A stretch of 64,000 bases of DNA, from the NCBI RefSeq assembly GCF_009914755.1, contig NC_060925.1; one strand, 5' to 3'. The DNA comes from the human T2T-CHM13v2.0 reference genome, Homo sapiens. Under the pieces are notes generated by a model. That model was not told the origin of the DNA. It saw nothing but the letters and a program-made list of their open reading frames with translations, and did not search any database. Below, one piece after another: positions 15,174 to 30,250 of this stretch (position 1 is the stretch's first letter; each line of letters starts with the position of its first letter). A program made the translations under genes and the position numbers.

Positions 15174-15503
15174 GGCCAGGTGTGGTGGCTCACATCTGTA
15201 ATCCCAGCACTTTGGGTGGTCAGGGCAGGTGGATCACTGGAGCTCAAGAGTTTAAGACCAACCTGGGCAACATGGCAAAACCCCACCTCTACCTAAAATA
15301 CAAAAAAAAAAAAAAAAAAAAAGAATTAGCCAGGTGTGCTAGTGCACTCCTGTGGTTCCAGCTGCTTGGGAGGCTAAGGTAGGAGGATCACTTGAGCCTG
15401 GGAAACAGAGGTTGCCACTGCAACCTCTCGGCTCACTAGCTGAGGCTGCACCACTGCACTCCAACCTGGGTGACAGAGTGAGCAATCTCAAAGAAAAAAA
15501 AAA
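15174..15503 (+). mobile_element. AluJ with expanded middle A-tract and internal micro-inversion
   Basis: Dimeric Alu; ~A21 middle tract at 15302-15322; TSD agtaaaattcctt on both sides. Confidence 0.9.
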
Positions 15504-16480
15504 GAAGTAAAATTCCTTAATAAAATATTAGCAAATAGAATCCAGCAATATATAAAAAGAATTATACATCATAACCAAGTAGAATTTATTTCAGGGATGC
15601 AAGATTCTGGTCCCATATTCAAAAATTAACATAGGCCTTTATATTATCAGGCTAAAGAAGAAAAATCACGATTATATCAATTGATGAAAAAGCATTTGAC
15701 ATAATTTCATGGATAAAAATTATCAGAAAAGTAAGATGAAAGTGGAACTTTCTGAACTTAGCAAAAAATCTATTTTTAAAATACAATCAATGTTATATTT
15801 AATAATAAAGTATTTAGCATTTAGTGGTAAAGACTAAATACTTTACCCCTAGGGTTAGGAACAAGACAAGGATGTCCACACTCACTACCCTTACTCAACA
15901 TAACACTGGGAATTCTAGCCAGTGTGAGATGGCAAGGGAAATAAAAGGCAAACAAACCGCAAAGGAAGAAATGAAACCACCCCTATTTGCAGATAATGTG
16001 ATGATCTGCATAGAAAATTTCAAGGAACATACAATGGAATTCCTAAAACTAGTAAGTGAGTTCAGCAAAGTTCCAGCATATAAGATAAATATACAAAAGT
16101 CAATAGTATTTCTACATGCCAGCAATGAACACATGGACATCAAAATTAAAAATACAATAACATTTTCATCACTCGAAAATGAAATACTTGGATATAAATG
16201 TGACAAAACATGTACAGATCTTGTATTGTGAAAGCTACACAACACTGATGAAAGAAATCAAAGAGGATCTAAATAAATGGAGACACATACTGTGTTCATC
16301 AATTTGGAAGAGTCAATATAGAAAATATGTCCATTATCTCAAAATCAACATACAGATATAATGCAATTCCTATAAAAATCCTTGAAAAACATTTGTAGGT
16401 ATAGAAAATTTATTCCAAAATCTATATTAAAAAAGCAAAAGAACTTGACTATCCAAAACAATTTTGAAAAAGAAGAATTA

Positions 16481-16702
<222 letters not shown>

Positions 16703-17634
16703 CTACCTGACTTGAAGACTTATTATATAGCTACAATAGTCAAGGCTATGTGGCATCGGTGAAAAGATGAATACAGAAATTAATAAAACAGAAGAGGATA
16801 TACAGATGGTATATACGTACACTATGTAATTAGACTTTGGGGAAATGCAAATTAAAACCACAGTGAGATATCATTACACTCCTATAAGAATGGCTAAAAT
16901 TAATATAGTGACATCACTAAATACTAGATGCAGAAAATCTTTATCCGTCCTCCATCACTGGTGAAAATATAAAATAGTACAGACACTTTGAAAAACATAT
17001 TGACAGTTTCTTAAAAGGCTGAACATAAAACTACAATATGGCACAGGAATTGTACTCATGGGCATTTACCACAGAAAAAATGAATACAAAAAGATTGCTG
17101 TTTATATTAGTTTCATTTGTAATAGCAAAAATAAAAGAAAAAATATGTTCTACAACAGGTGAATGGTTAAACAACTGCGGTATTCACGCCAAGGAACACT
17201 AGTTGGCAATAAAAATGAATGAAATATTGACAAACTCAACAACCTGAATGAATCTCCAAAGATACTGAATGAATAAAGCCAGTCACAAAATAAAGCCACC
17301 TGATTCCATTTATATAATATTCTTAAAATTATAAAAATAGAAAACAGATTAGTAGTTGCCAGGGGTTAAGGAGGGATGGAAGTGAAAGAGCAGTCAGTCT
17401 GGCCATAAAAGGACAACATGAGAGGTCCTTGAGGTAATGGAAACTTTGTGGATCTTGACTATCAATGTCAGTATCTTGGTTGTGATAATGTACTGAAGTT
17501 TTGCAAAATGTTACACTTTAGGGAAGCTGGGTAAAGAATGCCTGCACTCATTCTGTATTATCTCTTACAAGGGCATATGAAGCTACAATTATCTTAAAAT
17601 ACAAATAAAAGTTTAATGTTAAAAATCCATTTTA

Positions 17635-17852
17635 CCAGCCTGGGCAACATAGGGAGACCCCATCTCTACAAAAATACAAAAAAAATTAGCTGGGCCTGGT
17701 GTTACACACCTGTAGTCCCAGCTACTCAGGAGGCTGAGGCAGGAGGATCACTTGAGCCCAGGAGGTTGAGGCTGCAGTGAGCCATGATCATGCCACTGCA
17801 CTTTAGCCTGGGTGACAGAGTGAACCCTGTCTCAAAAATAAAAAAAAAAAAA
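17635..17852 (+). mobile_element. 5'-truncated AluJ
   Basis: Starts at 'accagcctgggcaacatag'; TSD aaaaatccatttta / aaaaattcatttta. Confidence 0.9.
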
Positions 17853-18082
17853 ATTCATTTTAGATACACATAATAAGTCAACACCTAGCTCACATTAAAT
17901 CACAGCAGTTTTTAAACAGAACTAGATAATAACTCAATGACACAGAATTTTATTTGTAGAATTTTATTGAATATCTGGAATGCTTACCATATTTTACCAA
18001 GTCTGCTTTTTGTTAGTATAAAAAATATGAGACAAAACAAAAACTGAAGTGCCAATAGCATTAATAAAGAAAAGCTCTCCCA

Positions 18083-18733
<651 letters not shown>

Positions 18734-18979
18734 TTAAAGAGCTCTCCCTTTTTGTTTTTCTGTCTCCCTCCCTTCCTCCCTCTGTTCTTTCCTTTTTCCC
18801 CTCCTTCCTTCCTTCCACCAATCCTTCTGTAAAAAGAGCCATTATTCTTCATTTTTACTGAGACAAATTCACAGTTGCAATCTTAAATTGAAAAAGATTA
18901 TATCATGGATTTAAGACTTGGAAAGAATGACAAAGGGAAACGAGAAAATAAGTGAAGAAAGAAGGGAGGAAAGGAGAAA

Positions 18980-19120
18980 TTCTTTACTTAGGGCTGCTGT
19001 GTGCCAAGCACTGTCATTGTTATCTCATTTTGTGCTCATAACATCCCTGTGAGGGATACTAGGATATCTGCTATACAGATAAGCAAACTGATGCCCACGG
19101 AGAATGAGTCAGCTGCCTCT
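18980..19120 (-). mobile_element. MIR relic
   Basis: 'tgtgtgccaagcactgt...ctcataacatccctgtgagg...tacagataagcaaactgatgccc'. Confidence 0.6.
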
Positions 19121-20305
19121 AAAAAGAAATTTAAGAAAGCAAATAGGAAATAAAAGTGAGGTGCAAAAAATGCACCATACTGATATTTTAGATTATATAA
19201 ATATTTGTATATTAAATACTAAATATTAAAAAGCAGATTTTTTAAAACCCAAAAGAGAGGAAAGAGTAAGAGAAAATATGTTATTTTTTGGGATCTTTAA
19301 AACATACCCAGGGAATAAATGACTGAACAAGGAGACATGTCATATGTAACCAGCTTTGTTGGATCTGTCTTTAAATTCTCAGCATTATTAGCATCATTAT
19401 TAGTAGTAATTATTTACTGACTACAACTTTTGCTTTTAAGCACTTCTTTTTGCAGACATTTTTCACTTCCTACTTTCTTGAGCTCTGAATGTTTGAGGTA
19501 AAGAGCACTTTCCAGGAATAATCTCTCCCTTCTACACTAACCAAATAAATACAAGAATCATTGGGCAGTAAGTATGCAGGGGAAATAAATCTTAATCAGC
19601 TCTTGACCTCCTGCCTAGCCCCACTGTGAATGCCATGCCAGCAAACATATGTTCTGCTCTTTTATTTTATGTATTAATAAACACCAGAAGTGCTTGTCAG
19701 TCAACAATGCATTTGAGGTGAGAAGAAAGTGTGTCTCAAATCTTTTTATCCATGTGGAAATTGTAAAATAATCTACATTAATCATTTACTGTACTTCAAA
19801 TGAAGTATGTGTCCAAAGAGACCATTTGAAGCATTTATTGTCATTGAACATATGGCTTGTTTTCAATATCTCCCTGATTATTTTCAACACAAACATTAGT
19901 AGGAGTAGAGGAAGTGTATTCTACCAGATTTTAAAACAGATGTCAATTATATTGAAGTGTTCCATAAGGGCACTAACTTTGTTATTGACATCATAATGGA
20001 GATACCCAACTACTGTAATTAGCAATCTATTTAGTGGTATGTAGATCTGTAATCAAATGAAAAGAACTTGGATTTCATTCATAAGTTACATAACACCCGT
20101 AATAATTTGTAGCTGTCCAAAGTGCCATATGCTATAGAAAAATTAAATGTGAAATATAATCATAAATAATAATCTTGCTAATAATTTACTAGAGCTATCA
20201 TTTTAAAGTGGTAGAAAGCTAAGTTGGATCAAGGGAAAGATTATTTAAAACATATGTTTACTATCACTCTAGAATCCTAGAATGATAGTGTTAAAACTTT
20301 GTGTC

Positions 20306-20502
20306 CTTTTTTTTAGCATCAGGGCCTTGTTTGCTGCTCAGGCTGGAATGCAGTGATTTGATCAAGAATCACAGCTCACTGCAGTCTCAAAATCCTGGGC
20401 TCAAGTGATCCTCCCACATCAGCTTCTGAGTAGTGCCACCACACTACACTAATTTTTTTCTTTTTTTTTTTTTTTAGAGACAGGATCTCACTATGTTGCC
20501 TA
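20306..20502 (-). mobile_element. Degenerate AluJ fragment
   Basis: 'caggctggaatgcagtg...tcctgggctcaagtgatcctcccac...gagacaggatctcactatgttgcc'. Confidence 0.8.
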
Positions 20503-20699
20503 CAATAGAACTTTGTTTCCAAGAGACATACCATTATATTTGAATATTACCTTCAAAAATAAGTAAATTCAACAAGAATAATATTTTTAAGGAAGGATAC
20601 GAGTGCTGAGAAAATGGTTGTTGTAGTACAATATATTTATTTTTACAACTGGGGTAAGATAAGTGTATTTTTAATTAATTTTATTTTAAAAAATAATAA

Positions 20700-21231
<532 letters not shown>

Positions 21232-21748
21232 TAAATACTGCCTCTTCTACGTTCCATCTCTCTGCCTGCTTGTCGTTTCTGGCTGCCCTTCCCCACTATA
21301 TAAGGCCCTATGATCTCTCACCTAAGCCACTGTGAGATCACTTCAGTGTCTGCTTCCATCCACCCACAAACCTCTCTCTAATCACGAATCTCATTTTGTT
21401 CACCTGCACAGTGTGACTCTAGTTGTGCTCTTCAGAGTAATAGATGGCAAAGAAAGTTTTATATATAAGGGCCCTCCATATCATTACAAATGGTGTTGAT
21501 TTAGTCTCTCCATCTGAGGCAAAGCAGCTCTATTCTTCATTCATTCCTTCCAGTAGCTACCAACTAACAAGGAACCATGAATCTAGAATAATATTTCCAT
21601 TTTCTTTATGAACTTGAGCATGTCATTTAACTTTTGGACTCAGTCATCTCAATATTGTTATCTCAATAATAATAATCCCTTTGTTATTATTATTAATCCC
21701 TTTTCTGAAAAAATCCATTTTTTCTCAGTTTTGTTAAAAGTTTAATAG

Positions 21749-22055
21749 GGGCCGGGCATGGTGGCTCACACCTAAAATCCCAGCACTTTGGGTGACTGAG
21801 GCAGGCAGATCACCTGAGGTCAGGAGTTTGAGACCAGCCTGGCCAACACGGTGAGGCCCTGTCTCTACTAAAAATAGAAAAAAAATAGCTGGGTGTGGTG
21901 GCGGGTGCCTGTAATCCCTGCTACTCAGGAAGCTGAGGCAGGAGAATCGCTTGAACCCTGGAGGCAGAGGTTGCAGGGAGCCGAGATCACGCCACTGCAC
22001 TCCATCCAGCCTGGGCAACAAGAGCAAAATTCCATCTCAAAATAAAAATAAAAAA
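21749..22055 (+). mobile_element. AluS (Sq-like)
   Basis: Consensus with 'gggcaacaagagcaaaattcc'; TSD aaaagtttaatagg. Confidence 0.92.
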
Positions 22056-22133
22056 GTTTAATAGGATAACAGAAGTAACTTATTTTTTATTAGAGGGGCT
22101 CTAAGTTATTTTTTAATATACTTAAGACTTTTA

Positions 22134-22419
22134 GGCCAGGTGCAGTGGCTCACGCCTATAATTCCAGCACATTGGGAGGCCGAGGCGAGCAGATCGCTTC
22201 AGGTCAGGAGTTTGAGAGCAGCTTGGCGATGTGACAAAACCCCGTGTCTACTAAAAATACAAAAATTAGTGAGGCGTGGTGTCTCATGCCTGTAATCACA
22301 GCTACTTGGTAGGCTGAAGCAGGAGAATCGCTTGAACCCAGGAGGCAGAGGTTGCAGTGAGCCCAGATCACACCACTTGGCAAGAGAGTAAGACTCTGTC
22401 TCAAAAAAAAAAAAAAAAA
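22134..22419 (+). mobile_element. AluS
   Basis: Consensus with a small 3' internal deletion; TSD aagacttttag. Confidence 0.9.
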
Positions 22420-22589
22420 GACTTTTAGCTTAAGGAGAGACCCCACAGAAGCAAAACCTTAACTATATCTAATAACCAGAGAAGGTAAATTCATTTCCCA
22501 TGGGAATAAAGACAGGCCCTATTGGTCGAGCCATAATCCCACCTTGGCACCACTGCCCCCATTTCCATTCCCTGGTCGTATTTCTTCCT

Positions 22590-23540
22590 GTAGTTCTTCA
22601 ATATGCCATGCCTCTGTTCATCATGACTTCATCTTTACCCAGCCTTCTACTTCCAGTAAAACGCAACATCACCCTCTAGTTGCTCCAGCCAAAGACCCAG
22701 GAAGCATCTTTAAGTCTACTCCTTCTCTTACTCCCTACATCCACTTAATCCAACAACAAAACCTGCCAGCTCCATCTCCAAAATAGACCCTGAATCCATC
22801 CACTTGTCTCCATCTCCACTATTACGCTTTCTGGTCCACACCAGCATCACGGGTCCCTCCTGGTCGCCTATTTCTTTTTCACTCTTGCCATCTGACTCTT
22901 CATTCACAGAAGACAAGTTATCTTTTGAAAGTATTATGTCTACAGTGAAGGAGCCAAAGCATCCTCAATAGAACTGCGGTGTGCTGAAGTGGAAATCCAA
23001 TGTACCCAATATTGCAGCCAAACCTCCCATCCACTTGCTCTCTATCACATCACGCTGTTTTATTCTCGTCATAGCACTGGCCATAATTGGTGACTATTTT
23101 ACATATCTTCTAAACCCTCTAAACACACACACTCCGTGAGAGCAGGAACCTTATTTATCTGGTTTACTTTTATATCCCCAGTACCCAAACAATGCCTTTA
23201 CACTGTAGTAACTATCCAAAAAAATTTTACATGAACATCCTTCCCTCTGCCTGTAATACTGTCCACTCACCTCTTCACCTTGTTAACTTCTACATGTCTT
23301 TCTTCACCAACTTCTTGGGAGCGCCTTTCTGTTCACCAGGTCTTGCCCACAGATGAGCCCATTTCCTTAGAGCGCTCACTCTGGCTGGTGATTATATGCT
23401 TATTTGTGGATCTCCCCCATGAGAATGTAAACTTTTCAAGAACAGAGATGTATCCCATTTTTGTTCACTATCATTTCCCATCAAAATATCTGGCACATAC
23501 TCTATCAACAGTTTTTTAGTGAATGAAATAAGAAATGAAT
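22590..23540 (+). mobile_element. L2 relics
   Basis: 'cctgccagctccatctccaaaatagaccctgaatccatccacttgtctccatctccact', 'ctccgtgagagcaggaacctt', 'tctggcacatac...gaatgaaataagaaatgaatg'. Confidence 0.65.
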
Positions 23541-24615
23541 GCAAATAACTAACATTACTAGAATTCATTCACTTAAAATTCATCACAAGTTTGGCGAGTC
23601 CCCATCCTCAGGCCCACCAGCCTCTCGGGGACTTGTATTCATTCACTCAACACAAGCCCATGAGTGCCAGTATTTAAAGGTATTATGATAGGTGCTGTGC
23701 GCGCTACAAAGAATCCTACACTGGCCACTGTCAGGGAGGTTTTTGCCTCAAGGAGGTACTGTGCCAAAAAAATAAATAAATATATAAATAAAAATTTTTA
23801 AAAACCTGACAATTTTGTGTTTTTGAATTGTACAGTTTGAAAGAAAGAAAAGATAGAATGAAAGAGATAATACATTGGTTTGTTCACCTTATGCTATAAA
23901 TAACCTATCAGAAATATTTGGCAGAGAAGAGAGATGAGAAATGCTTTCCAGGGTACAACAGAAAGTTAAGAGGGCAAGGCAGGAACCTGTGGCTTCTTCA
24001 GGCACAATTCTACCCGAAGACAACTTTGATCAATTATTGGTGAAGTGAATGCTCAGTATAGAAGGAAGCTCTGGTTAGAAAAGCCCTAGGTGGAAAAAAG
24101 TGTTTTGTTATTATTGATTTGTATTATTATTATGCAATTGTAGGAAAATATATCATTTTCAGGTAAATACAATGCTTTACCCTACTAGGACTCAAAGTCA
24201 ATCCCAGGTATGGAAATGGTCAGGATTTTGTTCTCTTAGAAGGATTGTGGACTGCAATGGGTATATGACCTCAATATATTTTTTTTCCTCCCCAATAACA
24301 GTAAAGGGATTCAACAAATCTCTATGAATAATGGTGGTGCTAAATGACAATGAGTGATTCTCAGAGTAGTCACCTTGGAAGAGGAGGAGCTAGGTCAGAA
24401 TCTCCTTGGTGAGCAAGGTATGTCCAGCCTGCTGAGCTTTTTTATATAGAATTCCTTTCTTTACATCCTCCTCTTCTCTCCAAACTAATAGGGAATCAGT
24501 GCTTATATTCAAGAGCAAGTATATTTATTATTCATATTTTTTATTTTCTTACTTACAGAAAAATAGATCCTACCTGGCACCCACTGAATGGTGTTGTTTT
24601 AAAATGAGATGCTTA

Positions 24616-24920
24616 AGCCAGGTCTGGTGGCTCACACCTGTAATCCCAGCACTTGGGGAGGCCAAGGCAGGTGGATCACTTGAGCTGAGTTCAAGACAGT
24701 CTGAGCAACATGGTGAAACCCCATTTCTACAAAAAATACAAAAATTAGCCAGGTGTGGTAGCACACACCCATAGTCCCAGCTACTGAGAAGGCTGAGGCA
24801 GGAGAATAGCTTAAGCCCAGGAGGCTTAGGCTGCAGTGAGCTGAGATTGTGCCACTACACACTCCAGACTGGGTGATGAAGTGAGACCCTGTCTCAAAAA
24901 AGAAAGAAAAAAAATAGAAA
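24616..24920 (+). mobile_element. Alu (Jb/Sz-like)
   Basis: Dimeric Alu consensus with A-rich tail. Confidence 0.9.
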
Positions 24921-25482
24921 TAAAGACATTCCATACAGAAAATACTTCATTTATTTTGGGCAGAATTTTAATATTGGAAATTGTTAGGCACTATTTGTGT
25001 TTCCATAAAGTTATACATATGGCCAACTAAGGTTTGTAGAAAAACAGAGGCTGCTACAGTTCTGTCACGTCTCACCACACCATCTAGCTGTGCTCCCAAG
25101 GGAAACTCCCTGTGATCACTTGATAACATTTGCAGAATGATTGGATGTAATGGAATAGAAAGAAAAGCCAATGTCAAGCCCCAGAGTGGGGATGAGACTG
25201 TTGGTGGGAATAAAACCAAGGGCCTCACTTCATCAACACCATGTATTCGCCACCTAAACCAACTTTCAGAACCTATTTCTCTGGGTTAAGAATGTCAGCT
25301 TTTAGTGGCATCTCTAGTTTCCCTATCTCATAACCTCACAAAGCTGCTAATTCCTTTTTTTTTTTCCTTTGATGAGAGTAATGCATTCATTGCACAGGAC
25401 ACTAAGTACCAACAGGAAAGCCAAGAGACCCAACCTCTTGCATTCCTGGGCTCCTGAAAGATAATAAGAAAGAAATTGTTCT

Positions 25483-25520
25483 AAAAACAAACAAACAAAC
25501 AAACAAACAAACAAACAAAA
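25483..25520 (+). repeat. (AAAC)n microsatellite
   Basis: About eight AAAC units immediately upstream of an Alu. Confidence 0.9.
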
Positions 25521-25528
25521 ACCACCTT

Positions 25529-25827
25529 GGCCTGGCACGGTGGCTCATACCTGTAATCTCAGCACTTTGGGAGGCCAAGGTGGGCTGATCACTTGAGGTC
25601 AGAGACGTTCGAGATCAGACTGGCCAACATGGCAAAACCCTGTTTCTACTAAAAATATAAAAATTAGCCAGGCGTGGTGGCATGCACCTGTAATCCCAGC
25701 TACTTGGGAGGTTGAGAGGCATAAGAATTGCTTGAACCCAGGAGGAAGAGGTTGCAATGAGCCAAGATTGTGCCACTGCACTCCAGCCTGGGCAACAGAG
25801 CAAGACTGTCTCAAAAAAAAAAAAAAA
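25529..25827 (+). mobile_element. AluS
   Basis: Dimeric Alu consensus with small insertions. Confidence 0.9.
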
Positions 25828-25915
25828 GAAAGAAAGGAAAGAAAAGAAGAAAGAAAGAGAGAGAGAGAAAGAAAGAAAAAGGAAGGAAGGAAGGAAGGAA
25901 GGAAGGAAGGAAGGA

Positions 25916-25987
<72 letters not shown>

Positions 25988-25995
25988 AGGAAGGA

Positions 25996-26055
<60 letters not shown>

Positions 26056-26058
26056 AAA
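25813..26058 (+). repeat. Compound (A)n(GA)n(GGAA)9(GAAA)n microsatellite grown from an Alu tail
   Basis: Uninterrupted purine strand of ~246 nt; GGAA x9 at 25881-25916, then two long GAAA blocks split by GGAA units. Confidence 0.97.
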
Positions 26059-26983
26059 TCTCTTGCCCTGCTCCATCCCCGTCCATTTTTTTTTTGTTTT
26101 TTGTTTTTTGGTTGGCAGGAGAGGTGATCCTCTGCTCAGAGCTCTAAAATTACATTATTCCTTACCACTACTCTTTCTAATAAGCCTAAAACTGAGCACA
26201 CCTGCTATTTCTTAATGTGACTCTTCTTATTCAACAAGGACAGAGGATCCTATATCTTTTAGCATAATGCTGCAGCATTATAAATTTTCCCCAAGCGTGT
26301 CATGAGTGCCCCGTAAGGCATTTTGTACAGGTTTTTTTTTTTTTTTTTTTGAATGACCCTCTCAAAACAAAGTCCTGTGCAGGAGGATTAAAAATCCCTC
26401 AGGGAACTTCCTTCCTTTAGCAGATTTTCCAGAAGGAATGTGCTGTGGGCTCTTGATTTGATTTCCTGCCCCAGTTTACAGCATCATGGTATAAGACATG
26501 TTTTATCCCTATTTTTTACTTTACAAATGATGTTTGCTTAAAATGAATGCCTATATTGGCTCTAAAACAAAGTAACCAGTGATATTGGTTGGACTGTCAC
26601 ATCCACTTATAGGTCTACAAAGGAAGAAATTGACCTTTGGTCCTGTCGAAGCTGCTGAATTTGAATCAGAAGTGCTGAGTCTTTTGACACTGTTACTCAC
26701 AGGCTATGTGAACTGGGTAAAAGGTACTGTAGCAGAGATAACTGGAAAGAATCCTGACAATATAGATGTTTTCCTTCCTTCCCAGGGATGGGATGTTGAC
26801 TGTTAATCTTCCTTACTATTCCCCAAAACCAGCAAGTGGCCACCAATACTTTCCATGTGCACAGACATGCATCTTTTCTATGATAACTAGGCTCAGCAAA
26901 TAGATCTTTATTGCCTCAAGGTTGCTACAAGCTCTCATCCTTTATTATTTTTCTAAAGAAAACAATGACAGCCATTGAGCCAT

Positions 26984-27677
<694 letters not shown>

Positions 27678-27774
27678 ATTAGGAAATTTTCTCTTTCTTA
27701 TAAAGATAGCTGCCATTTTGCAAAAATGTGTTTATCCTCTGGGTGCCTGTAATACCTTTAAAAACTAATTAGAA

Positions 27775-27900
27775 GACCAGGCATGGTGGCTCATGCCTGT
27801 AAACCCAACACTTTGGGACGCTGTGGCAGGAGGATTGCTTGAGGCAAGGAATTGGAGGCCAGCCTGGGCAACATTAGTGAGACTCTATCTCTATTCTTTA
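27775..27900 (+). mobile_element. FLAM monomer
   Basis: 'ccaggcatggtggctcatgcctgtaaacccaacactttggga...gagactctatctct'. Confidence 0.8.
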
Positions 27901-28159
27901 AAACAGAAGGTTTTTAACTCATTGATAAGCAAATTCCTCTGTCTTCAGTCCATCATCTCTAAATTAGAAATAATATTCTTTGATATTGTTATAGTCCTCT
28001 TCTCATAGAGAATGGAATGTTATTTGACCCAAGATTAATGCTTAATAGGTATGGAGTTTCATTTTGGGCAAATACTTGGAAGGGTTCAAAGAGTGCCTCA
28101 TACCTATTTCCAGGATAATGTATGTGCATATGAAATAAACTGTGTGTGGATAAGGGGTT

Positions 28160-29910
28160 TTTAAATAACATTTTGAAATGATTTTGGATTCACGAGAAGT
28201 TGCAAAAAAATGTAGAAGGAGGTTCCATGTACCGTTCACCTAGTTTCCCCTAATGATTACATCTCATATATCTAAAATAATAATACCAAAATCAGGAAAT
28301 TAAAATGGATACAACTCACAGTTTATTCTAATTTTACTACTTTTACATGCACTCACTTGTGTGTGTGTGAATAGTTATATACAATTTTATCATATGTGTA
28401 AATTCACGTAACCACTACCATAATCCAGATACAGAACTGGCCGAGTACAGTGACTCACACCTGTAATCCCAACACTTTGGGAGGCCAAAGTGGGAGAAAC
28501 AGTTGAGCCCAGGAGTTCAACATCAGCCTGGGCAACATAGTAAGACATTGTCTCTTAAAAAAAAAAAAAAAAATTTAATTAGCTGGGCATGGTAGCACAC
28601 GCCTTTAGTCCCAGCTACGTGGAGGCTGGGGTGGGAGGTCAAGGCTGCAGTGAGCTATGATTGTGCCACTGCACTCTAGCCTGAACAACAGAGTGAGACT
28701 CTGTCTCGAAAAAAAAAAAAAGACAGAACTGTTTTGTCAGCATAAGGCTCCCTTTGCTTATTCCTTTATAGCCACAACTCCTTCCCCCATATCAATAATC
28801 TCTGGTAACCACTAATCTGTGCTCTCCATCTACAATTTTGTTTTGAGGCTGTTAAATAAATGAAATCTTATAGTATGTAATCTTTTTTACTCAGAAAAAT
28901 TCCCTCGCAATCCATCCAAGTTATTGCATGTACCAATAGTTTATTCCTTTTTATTGTTGAGTAGTATTCCATGGTGTGGCTGTATTATCACAGTTCATTT
29001 AACCATTCACATGTTGAAATACACTTGGGTTATTTCAGTTTGGGGCTATTACAAATAAAGTTGTTATAAACATTTACATGCAGATTTTTGTGTAAACATA
29101 ATTTTTCATTTCTCTGGGATAAATGCCCAAGAGTGAAATTGCTAGGTTATATGATAAGTACATGATTTTTGGTTTTTTGGTTTTTTTTTTAGAAAACTGC
29201 CAAACTATTTATAAATGCCAGAGTGAATACACCATTTGACATTCCCAGCAGCAATGTATGATCAGTTTCTCCTCATCCTCTCCTTGTCCTCATCAGTAAT
29301 CGGTATAATCACTATATTTTATCTTTAATAGTTGTGTAATGATATTTCATTGTGATTTTAATTTGCGTTTCACTAATGTAGGTGTTTAATGATGTTAAAC
29401 ACCTTTTTACCTGCCATCTGTATATCTTCTTCAATGAGATGTCTGTTCACATCTTTTGTTCATTTTCTAATTGTATTGTTCAAGGTGTTTGTACTATTGA
29501 GTTTTGAGAGTTTCTTCCGTAGTCTAGAATAGACACAAGGCACTTGTCAGACACATGAGTCTCAAATATTTACTCCCAATTTGTATCTTATCTCTTCATC
29601 CTCTTTGTGGGATCTTCCACAAAGCAAAAGTTTTTAACTTTGATGTGGTCCAATTTCTCAATTTTTCCTTGCATTACTTGTTCTTTTGGTGTCAAGTCTA
29701 TGAACTCTTTGCTTAGCCCTAAGATCCAAATATTTTTATCTATGATTTTTCTGAAAGTTTCACAGATTTGTATTTTCTATTTTGCATGATCTATTTTGAG
29801 TTGATTTTTGAGGCTTATTTTGAGGTTCATTTATTTGCCCTTCGATGTCCAATTGCTTCAGCACTATTTGTTGAAAAGTCCATTCTTCTTCCATTGAATC
29901 ACTTTTGCAA
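28160..29910 (-). mobile_element. Old L1M (L1MC-like) 3' portion
   Basis: Reverse L1 3'UTR/ORF2: 'gagaagttgcaaaaaaatgtagaaggaggttccatgtacc', 'ttttattgttgagtagtattccatgg', 'ggataaatgcccaagagtgaaattgctagg'. Confidence 0.85.
28439..28721 (+). mobile_element. AluJ inside L1M
   Basis: J-type consensus with a short internal deletion; TSD acagaactg. Confidence 0.9.
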
Positions 29911-30250
29911 CATTGCTGGGGATAGAGTAATAAACAAAACAAAGCCCATGCCAACAATATATACACAAATTTTAAAATGTGTATCATAATGTGAAACAGT
30001 GTTAAGTGTTATAAATCAGGGTAGAGTAACAGAGTTGAGAAGTTTGCCCTTTTAAATAGGGTGGTCTTTGAGGATATGAGACATAATGAAGTGATGAGTT
30101 GAGTCATACAAATAGCTGGAGGAAAATTATTCCAGGTAGAGAAAACCGAAAGAGAAAAGGCCTCTGTGCTTGGAATGTGCTCAGTGTGTTCAGGAACACA
30201 GAAAATAGACCCCTATCGTTTAAGAGGTGGAACCTAAGGCAAAGAATGGA
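29910..30250 (-). mobile_element. L2 relic
   Basis: 'attccaggtagagaaaaccgaaagagaaaaggcctctgtgcttggaatgtgctcagtgtgttcaggaaca'. Confidence 0.6.

Noticed and set aside
25615-26215. Long Lys/Glu/Arg-rich and Phe/Leu/Ser-rich ORFs
   Set aside because: They are translations of the (GAAA)n/(GGAA)n microsatellite, which has no stop codons.
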